From positions 1-57,594 of the IMG/VR virus record IMGVR_UViG_3300009604_000012: a stretch of DNA of 57,594 bases; one strand, 5' to 3'. Origin of the DNA: a virus. Taxonomy: Duplodnaviria > Caudoviricetes. Both the position numbers and the translations under genes were made by a program. Shown in pieces: positions 8,580 through 19,326 of this stretch. The notes beneath the pieces were generated by a model, which saw nothing but the letters and a program-made list of their open reading frames with translations, did not search any database and was not told where the DNA came from. Each line of letters begins with the position of its first letter. The first letter of the stretch is position 1.

Positions 8580-10676
8580 ATGCCCAAAGAAGACCTCGCT
8601 GGCGATGTGAACGTGAAGTTCGAGGGGTGGCGAAAGGATAGACGCCCACACGAGCTTCAGTGGTTCATCAACGCCGCGCATCGTCGTGGGCAACAGACCA
8701 GCGAAGCCGAACCTGTCTGGAGACGGGTGCGCTCGGTAGATGACATCGAGGAACCGCTGAGTAAGCGGCGACCGTCGATCAATCGCCTGCAAGCCAAGCA
8801 TCGAGCACGGTTCGCGAAGTTCGCTCGGGCGCGTCCCATGCCCATCGTGGTGCCCTTTACCAGTGACCGCAAGGACCGACAGGACGCGAAAGCCTCCGAA
8901 CGTGCCTTGAATTACTACTGGGAAAAGCATGGCATGGAAACCAAATACCTCGATGCGCTGCTCTGGGCAGCGGATTGCGGGAAGAGTTTCTGGTGGGTGC
9001 ATTGGGATAATGACGCGATTGTGCCCGTGAGTGAAGAACGCGACGATGGCACGATGGGCCTCGCTGATGAACAACTTGGGGATATCCGGGTTGAAGTGGG
9101 CAATGCCTTTGAGGTGCTTGTCGCGGACCCGAAGATTTCGCGCATCTCCGACCAACCCGAAATCATGCGGGTGAAGGTGCGGGATGTCGAGGACCTACGG
9201 AAGCGCTACCCCAGCTCGGCCAAGAAAATCCACGGGGACACCACCTATCATCATTACTTTGAGTTCGAGCGGCAGATGGCAACATTGGCGACGAGACCCT
9301 TGGGGTCCTTGGCAAGTTTGTCCATGCCGGTGGGCGAGAGTGATGGCTCGAATAAAGCAGAACTCCCCAAGGCATTAGTGAAAGAACTCTTCACGGCACC
9401 GAATGCCACCCACCCCAAAGGACGGTATGTGGTGGTTATTGGGGATGTAGTGGTAAAAAAGCAGGATGAATTGCCATTTGGGTTCTTTGATTTGGAAAAC
9501 CCCTTCCCGGTGGTGGAGTTTCAGGACATGCCCCAGGTCGGGCAATTCTGGACCTCGACGTTCATTGAACAACTGATTCCGATCCAACGTGCCTATAACA
9601 ATCTCCGGGCGCAGTTGGAAGAACAGATTGACATGAACATCCACCCCAAGTGGTTGGTGCCCAAACAAGCACAGATTCCCGACACAGCATTCACCAATGC
9701 CACCGCAGAAGTGGTGGAGTGGAACTATATCCCCGGTATGCCGGAACCCCATGCTATTACGCCGGGGAATATCGCTGCCGATGCGTGGCGATTCGCGGGG
9801 ATGCTCCGTGAGGAACTCGATGATGTCTCCCAAATCCAACCCTCGATTGAGGGGAAAGTCGGTTCAGCAAAAAGCGGATTCCAAACGAACCTCCTCCAAG
9901 AAGCCTCCGACGCGGTCCACGCGCCCGATGCGCGGGGTTTTGAACTGTCCATCCAAGACGCCGCGATAAAAATAAGACGGATGATGCGCTTGGGGTATAC
10001 GTCTGAGCGCATGATGTCATGGGCCGGACGGAACTCCTCCCCGGAGGTATTCGCGTTTAGTAACGCACAGATTGATGAACATGCGTCGATTCGGGTGCAG
10101 GTCGGGTCAGCGATTGGTGGGCTGAAAGCCACACAAATCCAACAGGCCCTTGACTTGTATAGTGCCGGGTTGTTGGGTGATCCGAATGACCCCGAAGTCA
10201 AACGCAAGACTTTGGCATCGCTGGACCTGCGTGGGATGGAAGACGCGCAGGAACGGGCGAATCTGGACGAAGAACAGGCACGAGCGGAGACGATGGACAT
10301 GCTCCGTGGTGAAGCGGTCACCGTGCCGCAGTTCTATGAGAATCATGACATTCACATCGCAGCGCATACCGAGGAGCTAAAAGGTCCTGCGGCAAAGACA
10401 ATGGACCCGCAGATACGCCTCGACCTCCTCGCACATATTCTGTTGCATGTGAACTTTGTCAATCCACAGGTGGCTTTCGGCCTGACTCAGAAGTATGAAC
10501 TAACAGAGCGACTCGTACGACCGGGGTTGATCGAACCGCCGCCACCGCCTCCTCCACCGGGCGTAGGCCCACCGGGAGGGGGACCACCCGGACCAGCACC
10601 GGGACCGCCGGGTCCTCCTGGTCCACCACCAATGGGACCCCCGCCGGGACCTCCGGGACCGCCCACCGTGGGCTAA
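8580..10676 (+). CDS. Portal protein (P22-like) with Pro/Gly-rich tail
   Basis: 698 aa, between terL and scaffold. LIPIQRAYN...HPKWLVP pattern; SAKSG motif. Confidence 0.88.
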   Translation: MPKEDLAGDVNVKFEGWRKDRRPHELQWFINAAHRRGQQTSEAEPVWRRVRSVDDIEEPLSKRRPSINRLQAKHRARFAKFARARPMPIVVPFTSDRKDRQDAKASERALNYYWEKHGMETKYLDALLWAADCGKSFWWVHWDNDAIVPVSEERDDGTMGLADEQLGDIRVEVGNAFEVLVADPKISRISDQPEIMRVKVRDVEDLRKRYPSSAKKIHGDTTYHHYFEFERQMATLATRPLGSLASLSMPVGESDGSNKAELPKALVKELFTAPNATHPKGRYVVVIGDVVVKKQDELPFGFFDLENPFPVVEFQDMPQVGQFWTSTFIEQLIPIQRAYNNLRAQLEEQIDMNIHPKWLVPKQAQIPDTAFTNATAEVVEWNYIPGMPEPHAITPGNIAADAWRFAGMLREELDDVSQIQPSIEGKVGSAKSGFQTNLLQEASDAVHAPDARGFELSIQDAAIKIRRMMRLGYTSERMMSWAGRNSSPEVFAFSNAQIDEHASIRVQVGSAIGGLKATQIQQALDLYSAGLLGDPNDPEVKRKTLASLDLRGMEDAQERANLDEEQARAETMDMLRGEAVTVPQFYENHDIHIAAHTEELKGPAAKTMDPQIRLDLLAHILLHVNFVNPQVAFGLTQKYELTERLVRPGLIEPPPPPPPPGVGPPGGGPPGPAPGPPGPPGPPPMGPPPGPPGPPTVG

Positions 10677-10706
10677 TTCACTAACCATATGGAGTGAACT
10701 ACCGTT

Positions 10707-11564
10707 ATGCCTGATACCTTACCCTCGGCTGAAGAAACGCTTGAAGCGACTCAGAACACTGAGACTTCAGAAGCGTCATCTGAACAACCACACGCTGCCC
10801 CTGTACTTTCCGATGACACCACCGTCAAGATGGACATCGGAGGAGAAGAGCAGAATGTCAGCCTCAAGGACCTGCGTTCTGGGTTCATGCGCCAGCAGGA
10901 CTACACCCAGAAAACACAGGCAACCGCTGAAGACCGACGCTCCTTGGAAGCAGCGGCCCAGCAACTCCAGCAACGCGAAGCGGCATTAACAGATTTGCTG
11001 GCTGACCCACAGAAGCTCATGCAACTCGTCGCGGCTCGCGGAGGGCAACAGCAGCAGGAAGTGCCATTAGCTGATACAGATGTACCAACGGTTGGGACAC
11101 TCAAGAAACTCTTGGGGGAATCCCAGAACCAAGTGCGTCAGGAACAACAGGCTGTGCAACAACAGATGCAACAACAGCAGGTTGTTCAGCAAATGGAAGC
11201 GACTGCGAATGATGCCTTCGGGGAAGTGTTCTACAACATTCCAGATTTGAAAGCGGTGCCCTTTGTCGGGGATACGCTGAAGAAGATGGCATTGGAGAGC
11301 AATCCCAAAACGCTGGATCAAATGCGATCAGCGATTGTCGATGCAGGGAAGAAGCTGTCAAAGCAGTTAAATATGAAACCACCAAAAGCTGCCAAGCCGC
11401 AAGCGGTCTCGCAGCTTCAATCGGGGATTGAACCACCTGGAGGATCTGTTGCCCCACCACCACCAGACAAGACCTACGGCAAAGGCCGGAGTATTGACTG
11501 GGGGGACATCGATAAAGATGCCATGGCATGGGTGGAACAGCAAATTCAAGGAGGGAAATCCTAA
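10707..11564 (+). CDS. Capsid scaffolding protein
   Basis: Acidic N-terminus, MRQQDYTQKTQ motif typical of scaffolds, coiled coil, precedes the capsid gene. Confidence 0.85.
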   Translation: MPDTLPSAEETLEATQNTETSEASSEQPHAAPVLSDDTTVKMDIGGEEQNVSLKDLRSGFMRQQDYTQKTQATAEDRRSLEAAAQQLQQREAALTDLLADPQKLMQLVAARGGQQQQEVPLADTDVPTVGTLKKLLGESQNQVRQEQQAVQQQMQQQQVVQQMEATANDAFGEVFYNIPDLKAVPFVGDTLKKMALESNPKTLDQMRSAIVDAGKKLSKQLNMKPPKAAKPQAVSQLQSGIEPPGGSVAPPPPDKTYGKGRSIDWGDIDKDAMAWVEQQIQGGKS

Positions 11565-11579
11565 AAGGAGTTCGTCATC

Positions 11580-12809
11580 ATGGCGAATATGAATCTCACC
11601 ACAGCCGCCAATGTGCTGAAGACGTTTTATCTTCCGCCATTGCGTCGGTTGTTGAACAACCAGACGATTTTTTGGAATCGTTTGGAACGCAACGAGAACT
11701 TCAACGTAGAGGGAAAAAACTTTACGGTGCCGTTGCATGTCAGTCGGCATACGCAGGCTGGCGCGGGACGTGCTGAAGAAGGCACACTGCCAGCGAAGGA
11801 TTCGCAGGGATATAACCAAGCGGTCGTTCCCGCCAAGTATATCTATACGCGCATCCAGATTTCGGGGCAGGTCATCAGAGCCACCAAGAGCAATGCGGGT
11901 GCCTTCATCCGTGCGGTGCGGTCTGAAGTTGAAGGAGCCACCCGCGATACCAAACGGTCAGCCAACCGGCAGGCCCATGGTGACGGTCGGGATGCGTTGG
12001 CCTACTACGTGAGCGGGTCAGGGACCTCGGTTGTTGCTGATGACAACTTGGGGAACTCCTTTACCCATGTGGGGCCGAAGGCCACCACGGTTGACTTGAT
12101 CGATGTCTCGGACAACTCGACCGTTCTCAACAACAGCACCACCATCTTGGCTGGTGCCGATGTCGCCACCGGGGTCACCATGACCTTGGGCGATTCCATC
12201 TCCGGGTCAAAAGCGGATGGGGACTATTGGGTGCTTGAAGATACCCTTGGGAACCAGATGACCGGGTTGGAAGCGATTGTGTCTGCATCGAATCCTCCGT
12301 TGTTGAGTGGTGGGTTGCATGGCATCGTGGTGTCAGGGAACAACTGGTGGCAGTCGCAGATTGTGGGCGATGACACCTCAATGGTAGACCTGCGCTTTGC
12401 GAACATGCAGCGTGTCATTTCCAAAATGTCACAGGCCAGCGATTATGATAAGGATGATATCGAGTTTGGTCTCGCCTCCTATTTCATGATCGATAAGTAT
12501 TACGAACTCTGCGCGAATGAACGTCGTGCGGTGAACGTGATGCAGTTGGACGGTGGGTATGAAGGTGTGGAGTTCTCGGGGATTCCGCTGGTTGCGGATG
12601 CCCAGGCGAAGCACAATCGTATCTACTTCGTCGTACCAGATGCGTTGAAGATTTGCCGGATGTCAGACTTCGACTGGATGGACGACGATGGCGCGGTCTT
12701 GAACCGTGTCGTGAATACGGATGCGTATGAAGCAACGCTGTTCCACTATGGCGATATCGCTTGCGTGGCACGGAATGCCTTGGGCGCATTGGTCGGTCAG
12801 AACGAATAA
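11580..12809 (+). CDS. Major capsid protein (HK97 fold)
   Basis: 409 aa after scaffold; AEEGTLP, IQISGQVI, GLEAIV and FSGIPLVAD segments typical of major capsid proteins. Confidence 0.9.
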   Translation: MANMNLTTAANVLKTFYLPPLRRLLNNQTIFWNRLERNENFNVEGKNFTVPLHVSRHTQAGAGRAEEGTLPAKDSQGYNQAVVPAKYIYTRIQISGQVIRATKSNAGAFIRAVRSEVEGATRDTKRSANRQAHGDGRDALAYYVSGSGTSVVADDNLGNSFTHVGPKATTVDLIDVSDNSTVLNNSTTILAGADVATGVTMTLGDSISGSKADGDYWVLEDTLGNQMTGLEAIVSASNPPLLSGGLHGIVVSGNNWWQSQIVGDDTSMVDLRFANMQRVISKMSQASDYDKDDIEFGLASYFMIDKYYELCANERRAVNVMQLDGGYEGVEFSGIPLVADAQAKHNRIYFVVPDALKICRMSDFDWMDDDGAVLNRVVNTDAYEATLFHYGDIACVARNALGALVGQNE

Positions 12810-12905
12810 CTCTCGCACAGCGCGTTGTGGCGCTTCATACCCCTCTGAAGGACCAGAAGCCCCCCATCACAACCTCTGGGGGGTGGAGGTCTGGAGGATT
12901 GACTC

Positions 12906-13736
12906 ATGAATAAAGTACGCAAGATTAGCTCAGACGATACCGCACCCGCACCAGCCAGAGCAGACTACGGTCCCGCAACGGTAGGGGTGGATTGGGATGA
13001 TTACGAAGGACATCGCACCCTTGCAGTCAATCGAGCAGCGAATGACCGATTGCACATGGCAACACGCGATGTGCATCATGTCTCCACGTTTGTGGATGAC
13101 TTTTATGGTGATGCGTTGGATGGGGCATGGGTGCCGTTGAACGGGTCCGATGCTCAGGCGATTGACCCCGCACCCAGTGCGGCGAAGAACGGTGTTGTGC
13201 GGTTGACCTGCGGGGATGACGGCACGACCACGATGGCGGTGAACGGCTGTCAGTTGGCAACCGAGTTGAACTGGGATGCCTCGGCAGGTCGGTTGTTCGG
13301 GGAGTTCCGTATCAAGGTCTCCGCGATTACCAACATTGTGTTCTTCGTGGGGTTCACGGATTCCAAAGCCTTGGAAATGCCCTTTACCCAAAGTGGCACG
13401 ACCTTGACCTCGAACGCATCAGATGCCGTAGGGTTCATGTTTGATACGAACTCGACCAACGACAATCTGCATGCAGTCGGCGTTGCTGCGAATACCGATG
13501 CCACGCATGAGAATCTGGATGTCGCGCCTGTTGCGGCGACGTGGATTCGCTTGGGTGTGGAAGTCTTCGCGGATGGTACGGCGAAGTTCTATATCAATGG
13601 GGCGAAAACCGGGAATACCATGACTTCAGCGATTACTGTCGCAACGGACCTCGCGGCGACAGTGGCGGTGTTCTCGGAGACGACCACCTCGCACACCCTT
13701 GATGTGGACTACGTGCGCTTGGAGCAAAGTAGGTAA
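12906..13736 (+). CDS. Putative virion/capsid decoration protein (beta-sandwich)
   Basis: Follows the capsid gene; FVDDFYG...AKFYING...LDVDYV concanavalin-like pattern. Confidence 0.6.
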   Translation: MNKVRKISSDDTAPAPARADYGPATVGVDWDDYEGHRTLAVNRAANDRLHMATRDVHHVSTFVDDFYGDALDGAWVPLNGSDAQAIDPAPSAAKNGVVRLTCGDDGTTTMAVNGCQLATELNWDASAGRLFGEFRIKVSAITNIVFFVGFTDSKALEMPFTQSGTTLTSNASDAVGFMFDTNSTNDNLHAVGVAANTDATHENLDVAPVAATWIRLGVEVFADGTAKFYINGAKTGNTMTSAITVATDLAATVAVFSETTTSHTLDVDYVRLEQSR

Positions 13737-13738
13737 TC

Positions 13739-14290
13739 GTGCATATCCCGCAATCGTTTCGCGACCGACTCAAGACAGACTTTGATGGACGATTTCGGAT
13801 GCGATGGTCTGATGCGCGTGGGGAGTTTCATTTGGAACAGAAGCTCTCCACCGCACAGATTCTCGAACCCCCGTTACGTCCTGATGGAACGTGGGATACC
13901 TACAACGACGACTATATCCGCAGTCGAGATGGCTACGGGTATGTGATGTCGGTACGACAGGGGGACCGGATGCCGTGTATGCGTTGCCGTCGCACGGTGA
14001 AGGTGCCTATTCGTGAGACCCGAGAAGCGGTGTGTCGTGGATGTAACAAGCGACACAAAGCGGCGTTCTACCCACTGGATGATTTGTTGTTACTCCATCT
14101 GCGATGGATTGACCCGTTGAGTGGGGGGATTTCTCGGGTGCGGAAATACGTTAATGCACAGAATGCCCAACACGAACGGTCTCGCGACAATGCTGCCTAC
14201 GGAGAGATCGATGCGGCCACCGCAGATAACTTTGGACGACTCTTCGATATTCAGCAAGTTGGCTATACCGGTCGGGAGCGGTATCAATAA
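13739..14290 (+). CDS. Hypothetical protein with Zn ribbon
   Basis: CMRC...CRGC; GTG start after the previous stop. Confidence 0.65.
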   Translation: MHIPQSFRDRLKTDFDGRFRMRWSDARGEFHLEQKLSTAQILEPPLRPDGTWDTYNDDYIRSRDGYGYVMSVRQGDRMPCMRCRRTVKVPIRETREAVCRGCNKRHKAAFYPLDDLLLLHLRWIDPLSGGISRVRKYVNAQNAQHERSRDNAAYGEIDAATADNFGRLFDIQQVGYTGRERYQ

Positions 14291-14613
14291 TGGAACATTC
14301 ACAATCTACTGCTGGATTCCTCGGTGTCTATGACTTTGAAACCATTACCGTGAGTACCACGGCACTTGGGTTTACGTCAGCGAAGATCGAGGGGAACCAG
14401 CCAGATGACCAGGGGAAATGTCGTGCGGTGCTCATTACCTGCGAGGATGAAACAGTGCGGTATCGCTTTGATTCGGCACCCACTGCCTCCGTCGGGCATG
14501 AGTTAGCTGCACAACAGAGTTTGGTCCTTGCAAACTACCAACAGATTAAAGACATTAAGTTTATTCGCAAGGGCAGTTCCGATGGAAAGCTCCAAGTAAG
14601 TTTCCAGAGGTGA
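14290..14613 (+). CDS. Small putative virion beta-protein
   Basis: TAATG coupling; VRYRFD..PTASVG pattern. Confidence 0.65.
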   Translation: MEHSQSTAGFLGVYDFETITVSTTALGFTSAKIEGNQPDDQGKCRAVLITCEDETVRYRFDSAPTASVGHELAAQQSLVLANYQQIKDIKFIRKGSSDGKLQVSFQR

Positions 14614-14617
14614 CGCG

Positions 14618-17600
14618 ATGAAAAAGTTGGTAGCGAGTCTCCTGTGTGTGGGGGTCCTAGGAGTGGTGTCTGCGTCCGCGCAAGACCCTTCAGCGGGTCC
14701 CTTTACCACAGTGACCGAGATTACAGTTACTGGCATTGCCGATGTTGATTCCCTGCGTTTCGACGCAGAGAACCTCGATGTTATGCTAGCCCGAGGTGGT
14801 GCGAATAGATTGGAATTGGCAGATGGAGATTCCTTCAGACTAATCAATGGCACATTCCAATTCGGGGGCGGCGATGGCGTTGCTGTCACGGAGGATGGCG
14901 ACGGAGCGATAACCTTTACAGGGGAAGGAAATGGGAGCGACGAGAACCTGACATGGAACTATGACGACACCGCGAACACCGTGGTGATTTCCAGTAGCTC
15001 CGGCGTCACAACCCTCACCTACACTTCCATCGGGGCGACCTTCGGGGCGGCTCTATCGGTGAGTAGTGGGGTGGTAACTATCTCCGATAGCTCCGCAGGA
15101 GCGTTGGATGTAGGAGGTGGTCTGAATATCGGGACCGGGAATGTGGCCTTGATTGGTACGGATGGGCGCATAAACGGTCCCTTGAGTTCCACGATTATTG
15201 ATGATCTCAGCGGAGCGAACCTCACGACACTCAACGCAAGCAACCTCTCATCTGGCACCGTGGCTACCGCAAGATTAGGAAGTGGCACTGCGAGTTCCTC
15301 TACCTTCTTACGGGGGGATGGGTCATGGACCTCAGTTGTTGCGGGACCCGGTGGGTCTGATACCCAGGTACAGTTCAATGATGGTGGTGCTTTGGCGGGG
15401 GATTCGGGGTTTGTTTTCGATAAGGATGCGAACTCGGTGGACATCACCGGCACAGGCGCAGATGCGCTGGATGTGGGTGGTGGGTTAAACATTGGAAGCG
15501 GCAACGTGGCGCTCGTAGGGACCGACGGGAAGATCAGCGGTCCCCTCAGTTCGACCATTATCGATGACCTGAGTGGCGCGAATCTTACCTCACTCAACGC
15601 TGGGAATATCTCGTCTGGCACCCTCGCGGTAGCGCGTGGAGGCACAGGAGCAGCATCTTTAACTGATGGGGGATTATTGTTTGGGAGTGGCACTGGAGCG
15701 GTCACAGCATTGGGTGTGGCGACGAATGGACAGATTCCTATTGGCGACGGCACGACAGACCCGCAGCTTGCTACTATTTCAGGCACCTCCAACGAAATTG
15801 ACATCACTAACGGGTCAGCCTCGATCACGGTGGGGATTCCGGCGTCAGCCACGATTACCACAGCCTTGACCATCAGTGGCACAGGGGCATCGTCGTTGGA
15901 CATTGGTGGTGGATTGAATGCTGGCACGGGAGATGTCGCGTTGGTTGGAGATGATGGCAGGATCAATGGACCACTCAGCTCAACGATTATTGATGACTTG
16001 AGTGCAGCGAACCTGACTTCGATCCCCGCAGGACAACTCACCGGGTCGATATTGAATGCACGGCTACCCACCAACATCGACATAGGCGGGACCCTTGATG
16101 TCACCGGAGCGACAACATTGGATAGCACCTTGGCACTCGTAGGGGCTGTCACATTTAACGATGCCGGGGGTGATGTCGACATTCGCGCCGAAGGCGATAG
16201 CGTCACCAATCTCTTCACCCTCGATGCCTCGACAGACCGTATTGGTATTGGTGTCACAGCACCAGACAACATCCTGCATGTATTACAAACCGGTGCAGAC
16301 TGGGGGATGTTTATCGATTCCTCCAGCACCTCCTACGCTCCGGGCATTCAGCTCAGACCCAACGGCACGGCGAAAGGGTGGGTCTCCGCAACCAACGCAG
16401 GTGCGTTGTTGTTGGATGGCAACTCGATTGTCGTGGTGAATGAGGGGTCAGCTGATAAGGACTTTCGGATTGAATCAGACGACAACGCCAATATGCTCGT
16501 GGTGGATGGAGGCGATGACCGGGTAGGGATCGGCAAAGCCTCTCCGACAGTGACCTTAGATGTAAATGGTGCAACGGACATTTCTGGACATACGGCACTC
16601 GACTCGACGCTGTCCATCGGGTACGGGTCGATTGGCGACTATCAGCAAGTCTTCATCGGCGGCACCCTTGCGTCTGGCGGGGCATCCAGCCACGCCGAAG
16701 CGATGGTAGTGCAGACCGCGATCACGGGCGCGACAGGCGATACTGGGTGGTTGGCTGGGGTGAAGATTGGACCTGCTATTACAACACAAGCCTCAGAGAC
16801 GATAGTCCATGCGACGGCGCTAATTGTCAACGAACCGGAGATCACCGTTGGCAGTGGCGCGACGGTGACGACGGCGAGCACGTTGTGGATTCCAAATGTC
16901 CCCACTGAGGGGACGAACAATTACGCCTTGTTCGTAGATGACGGTGTGTCTCGATTCGACGGCAATGTGGGCATTGGTGGGGTGACGGTTCCTGGCGCAC
17001 GGTTGGAAATAGAGGACGGCGGCATCTCACACCCTGGTCCGTTGTTTATAAGTCGGCAGGATGACGACGATGTGTGGAACATGATGTTGGTCAATGACTC
17101 CTACAGCACGACGGCAGTATATGGTGTGCGGATGACCGTTGCGACAGATGGCGATTTCAATATTTATGGATCGGACAAGACGAGCAGCCCCGGCCACATC
17201 TCTTTCTTTACAGACGAAGCACGGCGAATGCAGATCGGCAGTAATGGACGGCTGGCGTACAATCTCGCCGATTTCAACAATGTGTACGGCAATCTGGAAA
17301 TCGAGGGGATCGGAGACGACATCGGGGTCAATATGTATCCCGACGACGCTGACGCGCACCAGCTGGTGTCGATGGGTGCTGGTGGCGACGGAGATGCTGC
17401 CAGACGGGGCGTGTTGAAGATCCTCGCCACCGATGACGGAACAAACAATTCGATTGCGATGGGATCTGTCGGTGGCTTAAGTTCCGATTTCAACATTTTT
17501 ACGCGCCATCCCACCACTGGTCTTGGTAGGGTCATTCTGCGTATAAAGGGCGACGGATCGACTGAAGCAACTGGGGCATTTTCAAAAGCGAGTGGGAGCT

Positions 17601-18157
17601 TTAGAATCCCTCACCCGATCTGGCCTGCGACTCACGACCTAGTGCATAGTTTCGTGGAATCGACAGACACGTTGCTCCTGTATCGGGGTGTCGCAACGGT
17701 GGATGGTACAGAGACAATCGATCTCGATGCCTATCTTGATTTGGTTGATGATACGTGGGATGCCCTAACGCGAGACCCACAGGTATGGGTGAGTAATGCC
17801 TCTGGGTGGGAACAGGTGCGTGGCACCGTGACTGATGGCATCTTGACGCTCGAAACCCAAGACCCGACTGCGACTGGGGTTGAGGTAAATTGGCTTATTG
17901 CGGCTGAACGGCAGGACGATCATATTAAGGAAACAAACTGGACGGACGATGATGGGAACCCCATTCTTGAACCACTGAAGCCCCTGTTTAGTACCGTTGC
18001 ACCTCCGACATTTGAGGAGAGCGTTGGTGACATCTATCCAGACATCGAAGTTGAGGACACAACGCCAGTGGCACCAGAACGATATCCGGCATTCCGCTTC
18101 ACGGACGAGAACGGGAACACAATTACGGAAGACGAAACCGATGAAGATATCATTTGA
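14618..18157 (+). CDS. Tail fibre/spike-like protein with N-terminal signal peptide
   Basis: Gly/Thr/Ser-rich repeats, RIGIG/NVGIG fibre motifs, C-terminal KASGSFRIPHP chaperone-like domain; N-terminus MKKLVASLLCVGVLGVVSASA|Q. Confidence 0.8.
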   Translation: MKKLVASLLCVGVLGVVSASAQDPSAGPFTTVTEITVTGIADVDSLRFDAENLDVMLARGGANRLELADGDSFRLINGTFQFGGGDGVAVTEDGDGAITFTGEGNGSDENLTWNYDDTANTVVISSSSGVTTLTYTSIGATFGAALSVSSGVVTISDSSAGALDVGGGLNIGTGNVALIGTDGRINGPLSSTIIDDLSGANLTTLNASNLSSGTVATARLGSGTASSSTFLRGDGSWTSVVAGPGGSDTQVQFNDGGALAGDSGFVFDKDANSVDITGTGADALDVGGGLNIGSGNVALVGTDGKISGPLSSTIIDDLSGANLTSLNAGNISSGTLAVARGGTGAASLTDGGLLFGSGTGAVTALGVATNGQIPIGDGTTDPQLATISGTSNEIDITNGSASITVGIPASATITTALTISGTGASSLDIGGGLNAGTGDVALVGDDGRINGPLSSTIIDDLSAANLTSIPAGQLTGSILNARLPTNIDIGGTLDVTGATTLDSTLALVGAVTFNDAGGDVDIRAEGDSVTNLFTLDASTDRIGIGVTAPDNILHVLQTGADWGMFIDSSSTSYAPGIQLRPNGTAKGWVSATNAGALLLDGNSIVVVNEGSADKDFRIESDDNANMLVVDGGDDRVGIGKASPTVTLDVNGATDISGHTALDSTLSIGYGSIGDYQQVFIGGTLASGGASSHAEAMVVQTAITGATGDTGWLAGVKIGPAITTQASETIVHATALIVNEPEITVGSGATVTTASTLWIPNVPTEGTNNYALFVDDGVSRFDGNVGIGGVTVPGARLEIEDGGISHPGPLFISRQDDDDVWNMMLVNDSYSTTAVYGVRMTVATDGDFNIYGSDKTSSPGHISFFTDEARRMQIGSNGRLAYNLADFNNVYGNLEIEGIGDDIGVNMYPDDADAHQLVSMGAGGDGDAARRGVLKILATDDGTNNSIAMGSVGGLSSDFNIFTRHPTTGLGRVILRIKGDGSTEATGAFSKASGSFRIPHPIWPATHDLVHSFVESTDTLLLYRGVATVDGTETIDLDAYLDLVDDTWDALTRDPQVWVSNASGWEQVRGTVTDGILTLETQDPTATGVEVNWLIAAERQDDHIKETNWTDDDGNPILEPLKPLFSTVAPPTFEESVGDIYPDIEVEDTTPVAPERYPAFRFTDENGNTITEDETDEDII
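15100..16050 (+). repeat. Three ~53-aa internal repeats in the fibre gene
   Basis: LD(V/I)GGGLNxGxGxVAL(I/V)GxDGxIxGPLSSTIIDDLSxANLT at about 15100, 15463 and 15895. Confidence 0.85.
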
Positions 18158-18398
18158 TTACAAAGTGGCGTTCTTTGGATTACTTACTGTGCTTGCACTT
18201 GCATGGGCAGGGTATGCGGAATACCGTATCCAGACATTCCAAACAACACCTGCCATGGAATGGTTGTTCGCAGAGACAAACATTCGGAATACAGAAGGCC
18301 AAGCCCTCACTCGGGCGCAGATGCTTGATCAGGTAATGCAATCGGCGTTGGAAAATACGGCTGCTCAACAGCAGCCTCTTCCAAATGAAGAAGAGTAA
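18141..18398 (+). CDS. Small membrane protein
   Basis: Likely start MKISFDYK at 18141; one TM helix; coupled to the next gene. Confidence 0.6.
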   Translation: MKISFDYKVAFFGLLTVLALAWAGYAEYRIQTFQTTPAMEWLFAETNIRNTEGQALTRAQMLDQVMQSALENTAAQQQPLPNEEE

Positions 18399-19324
18399 TG
18401 CTGACCTTTAAGGATATTCAAGATCAGGTCCTGCTCCTCTGGGATTCTCCGGGGGAGACAGGAAACTTTCTGACCATCGTGAAGAATGCAATCAACGACT
18501 CTCATGCAGAGCGGTGTAATGCACAACGGTGGAGCTTCATGCTGTGGGAGGATGTCCTCACCTTTACTACTGTAAGTGGCACCTTGAACTATCGTCTTCA
18601 TCCACTCTTCCACAGGTTCCACCGTGTTTACAATACGACTGATACGCACAAGATGGTAGAAGTACCACCTCGTGAATATTATGAAGCTCCCGAGACCAAG
18701 TTCCATTTCCACATGGTGGAACCCTCCCCGGTGGCGGCAGATTTGGCATCGGCGGGGACGCTCTCCATGGTGAGCAACTCAGCGTCAGACACGACACCAA
18801 CGCTCATATTGCGGCTTATTGATAATGATACTGCTTCAGGTTTGGTCGGCACGGGTGAGATATCGGAAACGCTCACCGCCAACGGTACGTCTACCGTGAC
18901 GACAGCAGCGAGCACCAGTAAGATACTGTCAGTGACCAAAGGGGGAACATGGGTAGGGACGATGACGCTCCGGGATGCAGACGGCAACATCTTACTCACC
19001 CTGTCACCGACAGAGTATGGAAAGGTCTACCCCCAGATTCGCCTCCTCAAAGACCCAGAGCAAGCCGATACTATTGAGTATCGCTTTTACCGTCGCCCGA
19101 GGATTCTGTCAGCGGATTACGACATTCCAGATATTCCATATCCCTTCAGTCGGATTCTCATCTGGGACACCCTGCTCCTGCTTGCGTCTTATGACGAAGC
19201 GAAAGAACCGGGGATGTGGGTGGAGCAACGTCGGCAGTGGGACAAGAAGCTCGCGGATAACTATCTCGAAGGCCAAGCCCTTGGTGGGCGTGTGCGGCAA
19301 GTGCGTGATGTCACGATGAGATAA
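18398..19324 (+). CDS. Head-tail adaptor (P22 gp4/T7 gp11-like)
   Basis: MLTFKDIQDQV...IVKNAIND...WSF and DIPDIPYPF patterns; gene position. Confidence 0.7.
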   Translation: MLTFKDIQDQVLLLWDSPGETGNFLTIVKNAINDSHAERCNAQRWSFMLWEDVLTFTTVSGTLNYRLHPLFHRFHRVYNTTDTHKMVEVPPREYYEAPETKFHFHMVEPSPVAADLASAGTLSMVSNSASDTTPTLILRLIDNDTASGLVGTGEISETLTANGTSTVTTAASTSKILSVTKGGTWVGTMTLRDADGNILLTLSPTEYGKVYPQIRLLKDPEQADTIEYRFYRRPRILSADYDIPDIPYPFSRILIWDTLLLLASYDEAKEPGMWVEQRRQWDKKLADNYLEGQALGGRVRQVRDVTMR

Positions 19325-19326
19325 CG

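Noticed and set aside
15019-16329. 436-aa minus-strand ORF
   Set aside because: Antisense shadow of the repetitive fibre gene.
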